Below, in pieces: positions 24,580 through 35,929 of a DNA stretch of 64,000 nt. The notes under the pieces were generated by a model that was not told where the DNA came from, ran no database searches, and saw only the letters and a list, made by a program, of their open reading frames with translations. Every line of letters begins with the position of its first letter. Positions within the stretch are counted from its first letter, which is position 1. The stretch comes from Scyliorhinus canicula (Eukaryota): assembly GCF_902713615.1 (NCBI RefSeq), contig NW_024055462.1, positions 62,001-126,000 on the forward strand, written 5' to 3'. The translations under genes were made by a program, and so were the position numbers.

Positions 24580-25745
24580 GGATTGGGAAACTGCCAATGT
24601 GACACCCTTATTCAAAAGGGAGGGAGACAAAAACAGGTAACTATCGGCCAGGGACCTCAATAGCTGAGCATTTAGACATACAGAATATAATTAAGCAGAG
24701 ATAACACGGCTTTGTGAAGGTAAATCATGCTTGACAAATTTATTGCAATTCTTTGAGGTGATAACGAGAAGGCTAGAGAGAGGGGGGCCAGTAGATGTAA
24801 TATACATGAATTTCAAAACTGTGTTTAATAAGTGTATGTACTCGTGCAATGGCTGCAGATAGAAAACTGGTAGAAAGGCAAGTGGTGAGGACATAAAGTC
24901 TACAGAGGGACAGAGACAGCTTAAGTTACTGAGTAAAAACTTGGCAGATGGAACATAATGTTGGAAAATATGAGGTTAGACACTTTGGTAGGAGGAGGAA
25001 CATAACGGAATATTATTTAGATGGAGAAAGACTGTAGAAAGCTGAAGTAACGGGGGAATTGGGGGTCCTCGTGCAGAAATCACACAAAGCAAGTTCTGCA
25101 GGTAATCTGGAGACAAATTGAATGTTGACATTTATTTCAAAGGGAATAGAATATATAAACATGGGGAAGTCCAGCTAAAACTATACAAGGTATTAGTTAG
25201 TCCACACCTGATATACTTTGAATAGCTTTGGTGCTCTTATCTAAGGAAGACAGATTGGTTTTGAAGGCAGTCCAGAGAAGGATCACGAGGTTGCCCCGGA
25301 GTATGGAGGGATTTTCTTATGATCTGAGGTTAACTAGGTTGGGCTGTACTTATTGGAGTTTAGAAGAATGAAGGCGACCCAATCGATACATGAAAGATTC
25401 TCAGGGAGCTTCTTAGGATAGATGCTGAGAGGTTGCTTTCCCTTGTGGGAGCATCTAGGAGCAGAGTGAATGATCGCAAAGTAAGGGTTCACCTATTTAC
25501 TCCGGAGATTAGAAGGAATTTCCTCTCTCAGAAGGCAGTGAAGCTGTGGAATTATTTAACGCTGGGGGCTGTAGATTCTGGGTTGTTCTGTATGTTCAAG
25601 GTTGAGAGAGATAGATTTTAAATCAGTAATGGCGTCAAGGGATATGGGGATAAGGCGGGAAAGAGGAGTTGAAGATTATCACATCAGATCAGTCAGGACC
25701 TCATTGAAGGCTGGATCAGAGTTGATGGGCCCTATGGGCTACGTC
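24580..25745 (+). mobile_element. Degenerate CR1 LINE in the Cmu3-Cmu4 intron
   Basis: DWETANVTPLFK, GFVKVNHA*QIY (degenerate GF.KG.SCLTN) and a CR1-like 3' end. Confidence 0.7.
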
Positions 25746-25986
25746 TGCTCCCAAGTCTTGTGGTCTATGGTCTCGCTCCATCTAAACCCAATATCACTGT
25801 TTTTAATTCATTGTTCGTTCATCTGCATATCAATTCCCCCCTTAAACTCTAAATCTCAGAGTATTTAGTTAGTGGAATTACCAATCAGAATAGACCATAA
25901 ATACACTGAATGCTAAATACTGACTGGTGCTCTGACACTGGAAATAGACACAATGACTCACTTGTTGCTTCAATCTCACCGCTCAC

Positions 25987-26295
25987 CTATTTTTTTGTGG
26001 ATTGAAATTCTTAAAGGAGTTGGCAGGTCCTGATGGCTCGCCACACAGTCAAACACAGCCCCACTCAGCCAGGCTTGTGTGGAGATGTTTAATTTGCTGA
26101 CCACGCTCTCAGTATCTGCCCCAGGCTGGTCGGCAATCTCTGATTTCAGCGGCTTCTTCGCTTCACTCCAGGACACGTTGACTCCAAAAGGAGCATTCGA
26201 AATGACGCAGGTTAAGGTTACAGTCGCCTCCAGCAAGACCTGTTCTATTGGTGGTGGCAGTATTGTTACTGAGGCATCAGTGCAAACGGAAGGAT
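25987..26295 (-). CDS. IGHM: IgM Cmu3 exon
   Basis: ttcacag|AT CCT...ATA G|gtgagc; 309 nt, open. Ig C1 motifs LTCVI, VSW, FDCVASH. Confidence 0.95.
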
Positions 26296-26734
26296 CTGTG
26301 AATGAAAAAAGTGGAAATCAACCCAAGTTTGATCTTCAGAATCAGGTGAGAAGGATTCAGCCTGAACTCTAAATGGGAATAAATCAACTTCGAAGCATCA
26401 ACCTCGAAATAATCAACTTCGAAGCATCAACCTCTAAAGATCGCCTTTAATCTTCGATACGCATTGGAAAACCAGTTTGGTTTCTGAAAACTATTCTCAA
26501 TGTGAAATACAGTCAGCCCCGATATCATTCTAACGAATCAGTATTGCAGCATTCCCAATACAAATATTCCAGTCCTGATCTCAGGGACGAAGTACTGGAG
26601 GCAGATCCATAAATAGGTTGGATGAACTTTCCAACACTTCCCCCGGAGCTGTTATCAGTTAAGGGTTCCACACACCCACTGACTCTCAAATATAATCAGC
26701 TGTCTGAGGATAAAGCTGATATCAAGTCCACCAG

Positions 26735-26915
26735 GGGCTGGTTTAGCACAGGGCTAAATAGCTGGCTTTTAAAGTAGACCAAGAAAGGCCAGCAGCGCGG
26801 GTTCAATTCCCATACCAGCCTCCCCGAACAGGCGCCGGAATGTGGCGACGAGGGGCTTTTCACAGTAACTTCATTTGAAGCCTACTTGTGACAATAAGCG
26901 ATTTTCATTTCATTG
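26735..26915 (+). mobile_element. Short tRNA-derived SINE (second family)
   Basis: GGGGCTGGTTTAGCACAGGG...GGTTCAATTCCC...GGCGCCGGAATGTGGCGAC...GATTTTCATTTCA. Copies at about 32000-32104 (-), 37555-37730 (-) and 55915-56088 (+). Confidence 0.7.
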
Positions 26916-27149
26916 ATTCACCTCACTCACTAAATTACTTCAAATTATAGGGATACATTTATTTCTATATTCATAAAATCGTGAATGGTCAGCAATCCTA
27001 ATGCAGCTCTTACATCAGAATGAAACACAAACTACATGGCAACAAACTAGAAGTTATTCTGTGCTTTGTACTAACTTCAGTAAATTCCTGATTTGGATTA
27101 ACATCAGAGTGCAGGATAATTTATTGTTTCCTCTGTTTGTGTCTCTTAC

Positions 27150-27458
27150 CAGACGCGGTGATGTTGTGAATTTGGGTGACCTCTTCATGAGTGACCTGGC
27201 AGGTATAGACCGCTTTGCTGAACCATTCCCCAGCGGAGACTGTCAGCCGACTGCTCGCCGAGAAGTTCCCCTTCACTTCACAGGCGGGAGAGGTGACAAT
27301 TCCTGAACCCATGGGTTGTCCATTCTTCAGCCACTTCACCGTCATTGACTTTGGATGGAAATCGTTGATTGAACAGACGATGGTTGCAAATTTCTGTCTT
27401 GTGATTTCTTCACTGGAACTCACGGTGAGGAGAACATTTGGAGCATAAATTCTGGGAC
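27150..27458 (-). CDS. IGHM: IgM Cmu2 exon
   Basis: tcttgaag|GT CCC...TCT G|gtaaga; 309 nt, open. Motifs TIVCSI, VKWLKNG, YTCQVTH. Confidence 0.95.
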
Positions 27459-27665
27459 CTTCAAGAAACACAATTAGATATTTCTTGCAGAAGAAATTGA
27501 TGAAAAAAATGAGTTCATATGCTTTAAAACATGTTTGTGGTCAATAGACACAAAGCTGGATTTTCCAGGGATCAGAAATATGCAGAGTATTAAAATTAGT
27601 TATATCCAAGATCCTATACAAGGTAATCATAGGTTTCTGATTTTCACAGTTTCCACAACACTTAC

Positions 27666-27965
27666 ATGCCATTCCAATGCTCTTGTCTGAGCCGCTGTGT
27701 CGAACCTCACAGCTGATTTTGCTGCATCCCCCCTCTGACTCTGTGATGATTAACTGGCTGCTCAGGGTGTAGGTTCCCTTCTTGTTTCTCACTGACGGGT
27801 ATTTCTTAACTCCAGTGATGATCGGCTGCCCATCTTTCTTCCAGGTAAGGCTGGTGATTTCTGGGGAGTAGTCCATCGCCAAACAGCCGTAGGTCACGGA
27901 GCCGTCGGTGTTGTGTTGCTGACAGGAGGAGACCAGGCTGTAGAGAGTGGGCGGAGACAGTGTCG
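27666..27965 (-). CDS. IGHM: IgM Cmu1 exon
   Basis: tctcccag|CG ACA...GCA T|gtaagt; 300 nt, open. Encodes [15 protein letters not shown]...[10 protein letters not shown]...TWKKDG...ISCEVRH. The final Cys codon is formed across the Cmu1/Cmu2 splice. Confidence 0.95.
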
Positions 27966-28475
27966 CTGGGAGAGAATGGCCAATTGAACAAGTTAGACTC
28001 TGGGATTGTATTTATTCAGTAACCAAACATTTCAAAATTTGACGAGAACTATGTGTTTATTCCAACATTTTCCTAACAAATGCTACATCCACATTTCAGC
28101 TTCTATTAGTTCTATCATTTGAGAACCTCCATCTGTTGACCCCCCTCATTAGAAACTCACATCTTCCTCCGTCTCTATCACCTGGCATAAAACAACATTT
28201 TGATGCAATCTGAATGATGTAATTTGCATTGGATTGAACGCGAAAAGCGGAATATTTTCCCCATTATGTCAGCCATCATGTAAACAAAATGTAATATCCC
28301 ATAGTCCCGAAGACTGCTCTCTCCGTTTGAGAGCTGACTGGTGGTGATTTAACCTGAGGGTCACCACACCTCAGGCCATCGGCAAGGTTGAGAATGGGGG
28401 TCTTCATGAATAACCTCAGCCGGTGCAGCAATTGAACCCGCGCTGCTGGGATTGATCTTCATTACGAACCAGCCG

Positions 28476-28882
28476 CCCAGCTAACTGAGCTGTGTACGTC
28501 ACAAACCAGCTACCTGAGCTGTGTACGTCACAATCCAGCTGAGCTGTGTACGTCACAATCCAGCGGACTGAGTTGTGTACGTCACAATCCAGCTAACCGA
28601 GCTGTGTACGTCACAATCCAGCTAACTGAGCTGTGTACGTCACAATCCAGCTAACTGAGCTGTGTACGTCACAGTCCAGCTAACTGAGCTGTGTACGTCA
28701 CAATCCTGCTCCCTGATTTGTGTACGTCACAACCCAGCTAACTGAGCTGTGTACGTCACAATCCAGCTAACTGAGCTGTGTACGTCACAATCCAGCTAAC
28801 TGAGCTGTGTACGTCACAATCCAGCTAACTGCGCTGTGTACGTCACAATTCAGCTAACTGAGCTGTGTACGTCACAATCAAC
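28476..28882. repeat. 29-bp tandem array (TGTGTACGTCACAATCCAGCTAACTGAGC) x14
   Basis: Counted directly. It grows out of the 3' end of a SINE-like sequence ending CCAGCTAACTGAGCT. Confidence 0.92.
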
Positions 28883-29249
28883 AGCACTTTGTGATAAAGA
28901 AGTTGTCTCTTCATTTATATCTTTGCGATTTTGGGAAATTCCCTTTGTTCAAACTGACTGATTGCCCCCTCCTCTCTCCACCTCACTACCCCCACTCCCC
29001 AAACCAGAGAATAGTGACTTTGCTTGAAAAATACCTTCGGAATGCACATTTATATAATTACAACAAAACTCTAAATTTGAGTAAGAGCAACATTCCCTAA
29101 TTTTAGGATCATGAACATTAACAGCGGGAGGCGGCCATTCGGTCAGTCGAGCCTCCTCTCCCATTCAATAAGATCCTGGCTGTGCTGATTGTGATGTTAG
29201 CTCCACATTCCGCCTGTCACTGAGACCGGGCTGTCTGCAATCCCCCCGC

Positions 29250-30030
29250 TCCCCGCCCCGCGCTCTCTGTGCGTTCCCCCATCTCTCTGCGGTTCCCGCT
29301 GGATCTCTGCACCATTCGCCCGCTCCCGTCACTTTCTTGCAGTTCTCTGCTCTTTTCCACGGATCTCTGCACTTTCCCTCGACTCTGCATTTTTCCCCGG
29401 CTCATTGTGCTTTGCCCATGTGCGCTGCACTTTTCCCAGTTCTTTGGGGCTTTTCCCGGTTCCTGGCACTTTCCCTGGGCCCTTTGAGCCTTTCGCCAGC
29501 ACCGTGCTCTTTACCCCGATTCTTACCGCTTATCGCCCACTTCATGGACTTTCTTCCGTCTCTCCTCACTTCACCCGGCTCCCAGCACTTCCCCCGGCTC
29601 TTTGCGTCTTCCCCCGGATCCCTGCACTTCCCCCAGCTCCCAGCACTTCCCCCGGCTCCCAGCACTGTGCTCCTTGCCCCGGCTCTCTGCGCTTTCCCCC
29701 GGCTCTCTGCTCCTCCTCCCGGCTCTCTGCGCTTTCCCCCGGCTCTCTGCACCTGCCCCCGGCTCTCTGCACCTTTCACCTGCTCTCTCTGATTCTTTCC
29801 AGCTCTCTGCCCTTTTCTCCGGCTCTCTGTGCGTTTCCCCACATCTCTGCCCTTTCTCCCCAACTCTGTCTTTTCGCCGCCTCTTTGCTCTTCTCCCCGC
29901 CCTCTCTGGGCTCCGACGCCTTTCCTCCGGCTCTCTGCACTTTCCCCAGGCTCTCCGCACTTTCCCCCGGCTGTCCACACTTTCCTCAGGCTCTCTGCGC
30001 CTTTCCTCCGGCTCCCGCCGCTCCCGTGTC
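29250..30030. repeat. Degenerate minisatellite of about 21 bp (CTTTCCCCCGGCTCTCTGCG-like)
   Basis: C-rich on the + strand and G-rich on the IgH coding strand. Confidence 0.85.
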
Positions 30031-30119
30031 ATGAGCCACATTCGGGCGCCACTCGTCATCAGTTTCGCTCCAGTTCTCTATTCTTCTCTCGTTGCAGACG
30101 CCCCCGTGCCGATTTCCTG

Positions 30120-33100
30120 AGTATGAGTTACTGTGGGTGAGTTAGTAACTGAGTGAGGGTAGGAGGGTAAGTGCGGGTGAGTGAGTAACCGAGTGAGGGT
30201 CGGAGAGTGCGTGCCCGTGAGTGAGTTGGGATAGATGAGTGTTGATGAGTGGCAAATCAGGGTGACTGACTGAGTCAGGGTAAATGGGCGAGTGTGCGTC
30301 ACCGAGGATGAATCAGTCAAAATGAGTGATGCTGGGTGAGTGAGGTTGTGTAGTGAGTGTGAGTGAAGATGAGTGAGCGAGGGTGGGTGAGAGAGGGTGG
30401 GTGTGAGGTGGGGGAGTCAGGGGATTGACTGCCAGTGAGTGAATGGAGTGGGTGAACAAATGAGGCGGAGTCAGTGAGCGTGGGTGCGTGAGGTTGGGTG
30501 AGTGAGGGAGGATGAATGAGTCAGGATGATTGAGTGAGGGTGAATGAGGGAGGATAAATGAGTGAGTGTAGGTGAGTGAGGACGTATGAGTGTGGCTAAG
30601 TGAGCGAGGCGTGTCATTGATAATTAGTCATGATGTGGAGATGCCGGCGTTGGACTGGGGTGAGCACAGTAAGAAGTCTTACAACACCAGGTTAAAGTCC
30701 AACAGGTTTGTTTCAAACACGAGCTTTCGGAGCACGGCTCCTTCATCAGGTGAATGGAAAGGCTTGTTCCAGAAATGTTTATATAGACACAGTCAGAGAT
30801 GCCCCGGAATGCGAGCACCTGCAGGCAATCAAATCATCAAAGATGCAGAGAGAGAGGTAACTCCAGGTTAAAGAGGTGTGAATTGTCCCAAGCCAGTTCA
30901 GTCGGTAGGCCTCTGCAAGTCCAGGCTTGTTGGTGGGGGCCGAATGCAATGCGACATGAATCCCAGATCCCGGTTGAGTCCGCATTCATGCGTGCGGAAC
31001 TTAGCTATAAGTTTTTGCTCAGCAATTTTGCGTTGTCGCGTCTCACTTCCCCCGGCTCTTTGCGTCTTCCCCCGGCCTTCAGGAGACGTTGTCGCGTCTC
31101 CTGAAGGAGGCCTTCAGGAGACGCGACAACGCAAAATTGCTGAGCAAAACTTATAGCTAAGTTCCGCACGCATGAATGCGGACTCAACCGGGATCTGGGA
31201 TTCATGTCGCATTACATTCGGCCCCCACCAACAAGCCTGGACTTGCAGAGGCCTACCGACTGAACTGGCTTGGGACAATTCACACCTCTTTAACCTGGAG
31301 TTACCTCTCTCTCTGCATCTTTGATGATTTGATTGCCTGCAGGTGCTCGCATTCCGGGGCATCTCTGACTGTGTCTATATAAACATTTCTGGAACAAGCC
31401 TTTCCATTCACCTGAAGAAGGAGCCGTGCTCCGAAAGCTCGTGTTTGAAACAAACCTGTTGGACTTTAACCTGGTGTTGTAAGACTTCTTACATTGATAA
31501 TTAGTGGGAGGGTGAGTGAGGGTGGGTGCGTGATGGTGGTAAAGTGAGTGAGGGGATGGTGTGGGTGGATGAGGGTGTGTGTATGAGTTTGGGTGTGTGA
31601 GTGAGGGTGAATTAGGGTGCGTGAATGAGAGTGAGAGAGTGAGTGTGGGTGAGTGGGAGTGAGTGTGGGTGAGGGAGTAAATGAGGGCGAGTGATAGTGG
31701 GTGACGGTGAGTGGGTGTGTCTGGTGTGTGAGTGAGGAAGTGTGAGTGAAGGCGCGTGAAAGAGGGTGGGTACAAGTCTTTGTAAGTGAGGGTGAATGAG
31801 TGAGGCTATGTGAGTGAGGGTGAAATGCGTCAGGGTAGGCGTGTGAGGGAGGACGGGGGAGTGATGATGAGTTAGAGGGTGAGTGAGTGTGGGTGAGTTA
31901 GGGTGAGTGATGGTAGTTGAATGAGGATGAGGGAGAATGTGTGAGTGAGTGTGGGTTACTGAATGAGGGTGTGTGAGAATGAGTGAGGGTGGGTGGGAAA
32001 TGAAGTGAAATGAAAATGAAATGAAAATCGCTTATTGTCACGAGTAGGCTTCAAGTAAGTTACTGTGAAAAGCCCCTAGTCGCCACATTCCAGCGCCTGT
32101 TCGGAGAGTGAGGGTGGGTGAGTGAGTGACGATGGGTGAAGGTGGGTGGGTGTTTCAGGATGAATGAGTGAGGGAGGGTGAGTGAATCAGGGTGGGTGAG
32201 TGAGGGAGAGTGAGTGTGTGTGAATGAGAGTGAGTGAGCTAGGTTGGGGGAGTAAGGGTAAAACAATGAGGATGAGTGATGGTGAATGAGGATTGGTGAG
32301 TGTGTGGGGGTGCGAGTGAGGGTAGGTGAGTGAGAATGTGTCAGGGAGGGTGGTGGGTGAGTGTGTCAGGGAGGGCGGGTGAGTGAGAGAGTCAGGGAGT
32401 GTGGGTGAGTGAGGGTGGGAGATTGAGACTGTGTCAGGGAGAGTGGGTGAGTGTGACTGTGCCAGGGAGGGTGGGTGAGTGGTGGGTGGGTGAGTGAGAG
32501 TGTGTCAGGGAGGGTCGTTGACTGAGAGTATCAGGGAGGGTGGGTGAGTGAGAGTGTGTCAGGGAGTGTGGGTGAGTGAGAGTGTGTCAAGGAGGGTCGG
32601 GGAGTAAGAGTGTGTTAGGGAGGGTGTGTGAATGAGTGTGTCAGGGAATGTGGGTGAGTGAGAGTGTGTTAGGGAGGGTGGGTGAGTGTGTGTGTGTGTG
32701 TCAGGGAGGGTGTGTGAGTGAGAATGTGTCAGGGAGGGTGGGTGAGTGAGAGTGTGTCAGGGAGGGTGGGTGTGTGAGTGTGTGTCAGGGATGGTGGGTG
32801 AGGGAGTGTGTCAGGGAGGGTGGGTGAGTGAGAGAGTCAGGGAGTGTGGGTGAGTGAGGGTGGGAGATTGAGACTGTGTCAGGGAGAGTGGGTGAGTGTG
32901 ACTGTGCCAGGGAGGGTGGGTGAGTGTGGGTGGGTGAGTGAGACTGTGTCAGGGAGGGTCGTTGACTGAGAGTATCAGGGAGGGTGGGTGAGTGAGAGTG
33001 TGTCAGGGAGTGTGGGTGAGTGAGAGTGTGTCAAAGAGGGTCGGGGAGTAAGAGTGTGTTAGGGAGGGTGTGTGAATGAGTGTGTCAGGGAATGTGGGTG

Positions 33101-34570
33101 AGTGAGAGTGTGTTAGGGAGGGTGGGTGTGTGTGTGTGTGTGTGTCAGGGAGGGTGTGTGAGTGAGAATGTGTCAGGGAGGGTGGGTGAGTGAGAGTGTG
33201 TCAGGGAGGGTGGGTGTGTGAGTGTGTGTCAGGGATGGTGGGTGAGGGAGTGTGTCAGGGAGGGTGTGTGAATGAGAGTGTGTCAGGGAGGGTGGGTGTG
33301 AGTGTGTCAGGGAGGGTGGGTGAGTGAGAGTGTGTAAGGGAGGGTGGGTGAGTGAGAGAGTCAGGGAGTGTGGGTGAGTGAGGGTGGGAGATTGAGACTG
33401 TGTCAGGGAGAGTGGGTGAGTGTGACTGTGCCAGGGAGGGTGGGTGAGTGTGGGTGGGTGTGTGAGAGTGTGTCAGGGAGGGTCGTTGACTGAGAGTATC
33501 AGGGAGGGTGGGTGAGTGAGAGTGTGTCAGGGAGTGTGGGTGAGTGAGAGTGTGTCAAGGAGGGTCGGGGAGTAAGAGTGTGTTAGGGAGGGTGTGTGAA
33601 TGAGTGTGTCAGGGAATGTGGGTGAGTGAGAGTGTGTTAGGGAGGGTGGGTGAGTGAGAGTGTGTCAGAGAGATTGGGTGAGTGTGTGTGTGTCAGGGAG
33701 GGTGGGTGGGTGAGAGTGTGTCGGGAGGGGGGTGTGAGTGTGTGTGTGTCAGGTAGGGTGGGTGAGTGTGTGTGTGTGTCAGGGAGGGTGTGTGAGTGAG
33801 AATGTGTCAGGGAGGGTGGGTGAGTGAGAGTGTGTCAGGGAGGGTGGTGTGTGTGAGTGTGTGGTCAGGGATGGTGGGTGAGGGAGTGTGTCAGGGAGGG
33901 TGTGTGAATGAGAGTGTGTCAGGGAGGGTGGGTGTGAGTGTGTCAGGGAGGGTGGGTGAGTGAGAGTGTGTAAGGGAGGGTGGTGAGTGAGAGTGTGTCA
34001 GGGAGGGTCGGTGAATGAGTGTGTGTCAGGGAGGGAGGATGAGTGAGTGTGGAACGTGTGAGTACGCTTGGGTGAGTGTTCAAGAGGTGAGGGTGGGTGT
34101 GACAGTAGATGGGGGGTATGAGAGGGTGTGTAAATGAGGGTTGGGAGTGTGAGGATAGTTGAGTGAGGGTAGGTGAGTGAGGTTGAGTGAATGAGGGTGG
34201 GTGAGTGAGGATGGATGGAATGGTAGGTGAGTGAGGCTGAGTGAATGAGGGTGGGTGAGTGAGGGTGGATGAGAGGGTAGGTGAGTGAGGGTGGGTGTCA
34301 GGGTAGGTGAGTGAGGGTGGTGTGAGGGTGGGTGAGTGAGGGTGAGTGTGAGGGTAGGGTGAGTGAGGGTGGGTGTGAGGGTGGGTGAGTGAAGGTGAGT
34401 GTGAGGGTAGGTGAGTGAGGGTGGGTGTGAGGGTGGGTGAGTGAAGGTGAGTGTGAGGGTAGGTGAGTGAGGGTGGGTGTTAGGATGGGGGAGTGAGGGT
34501 CAATCAGTGACTGTGAGCATGGTGAATGAGGGTAAGTGAATGAGTGAAGATAGGTGAGTGAGTGAGTGAG
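30120..34570. repeat. G/T/A-rich satellite (TGTCAGGGAGGGTGGGTGAGTGAGAGTG-like) with higher-order repeats
   Basis: Nearly C-free on the + strand. The marker GGGAGATTGAGACTGTGTCAGGGAGAGTGGG recurs at about 32417, 32862 and 33386. Interrupted by the mini-Penelope and a SINE tail. Confidence 0.85.
30629..31491. mobile_element. Non-autonomous Penelope-like insertion made of two inverted pLTR arms
   Basis: Minus arm 30629-31044 and plus arm about 31108-31491 match 54820-55241. Flanked by the direct repeat CATTGATAATTAGT (30615-30628 and 31492-31505). Confidence 0.9.
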
Positions 34571-35929
34571 TGAGTGACCGTGTGTGAGTGATCATTCCCG
34601 GGTGCTCCCAGCCCCATTAGGACGATGTTTCCCTGGATGATTTTCCGCCAGGGCTCAGCTTTCTGTTGCCTGTTATCCACAGCCGAGCTGGGGCTCCTCC
34701 ATTCGGCTCCCCACCCCCTCCTCTTCCTCTCCATCCATCCTGTCCTTATTCTCCACATTGATCAGCTTTCAGTAACACTGGCTGTGTACAGTCAGACAGC
34801 AGTGTAGATCACTGGGCAGCTACTTTAATACTTTCAGTAACACCGGCTGTGTAAAGTCAGACAGCAGTGTAGATCACTGGGCAGCTGCTTTAATGCCGAT
34901 GTCATTTCATTTTTCACTAAACAATTCAGAACTGGAACAATGAACATTTCTGCAACTTATGCATTTCATTTTGCAAATGGGAATTTTTAGTAATATTATT
35001 GCAATACTGTGTCAGAGAGAGTGTGTTGTATTTCTTCATTCTTGTGATGTAGACGTCTCTGGCTCGGCCAGCATTTATTTCCCATTCCTTATTGCACTTG
35101 ACAAGATGGTGGTGAGCTTCCTTCATCAACCACTCAGTCCATCTGGTGTTGTGTCGGGGGCAGTTACAGGATGTTGAACCAGCGAAATTGAAGGAATGGT
35201 GTTGAGTGACCTGGGGAAGAACTTACAGTTGGTGTGTCTGCTGTCCTTGTCCACATTGTAATGTCATGGGTTTCGAAGGTATTGTCTAAGGAGTCTTCAT
35301 GAGCTTCTGCAGTGGATCTTTAGATGGTAGACAAGCTTTGGGGAGACGGAGTTGAGTTTTACACCGCAGGATTCCTCACCTCTGATCAGTTCTTCTGGCC
35401 ACAAATTGTACGTGGCTCATCCAGATCACTTTCAGGTCCATGTTAATCCCTCGCATGTTGATGGTGGGGGATTCAATGATGAATGCCAAGAGGTGATCAT
35501 AAGATCCATTCTTGCTGGGGTGACCATTTCCTTCAAGTGTGTGACGTGATTGTTACTGACCACTTGTTAGCCGAAGCCTGGACATAGCCCCCATCTTGTT
35601 TTATTTGCAGATAAACCTCTTCAGTATCTGCACAGTTAATAATGGTGCTGAACAAGCTGCAATCATCAGAGACAACCCCACTTCTCACTTTAATGTTTAA
35701 AGAAGGTCATTGGCGAATAAACTGAAAAGACAATGCTCTGAGGAACTTTTGATGTGATGTCCTGGAATTGAGATGATTGACCTCCAGCAGCGGAAACCAT
35801 CTGCCTTGGTGCTGGTTATGACTCCAACCAGCAGAGATTGTTCTCCTGGTTCCCATCGATTCCATTTTTGTTTTGGTTGCTTGACGCCACACTCGTTCAA
35901 AATGCTGCCTTGATGTCAAATTCAGTCAT

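Noticed and set aside
28491-28882. 29-bp array as a CRISPR
   Set aside because: Head-to-tail tandem repeat with no unique spacers.
29337-30140. ORFs of 100-209 aa on both strands
   Set aside because: Translations of the 21-bp minisatellite.
34504-34758. 84-aa ORF in a unique island of the J-C intron (possible extra exon)
   Set aside because: No Ig-domain Cys/Trp pattern, no convincing splice sites, and it runs into satellite sequence.
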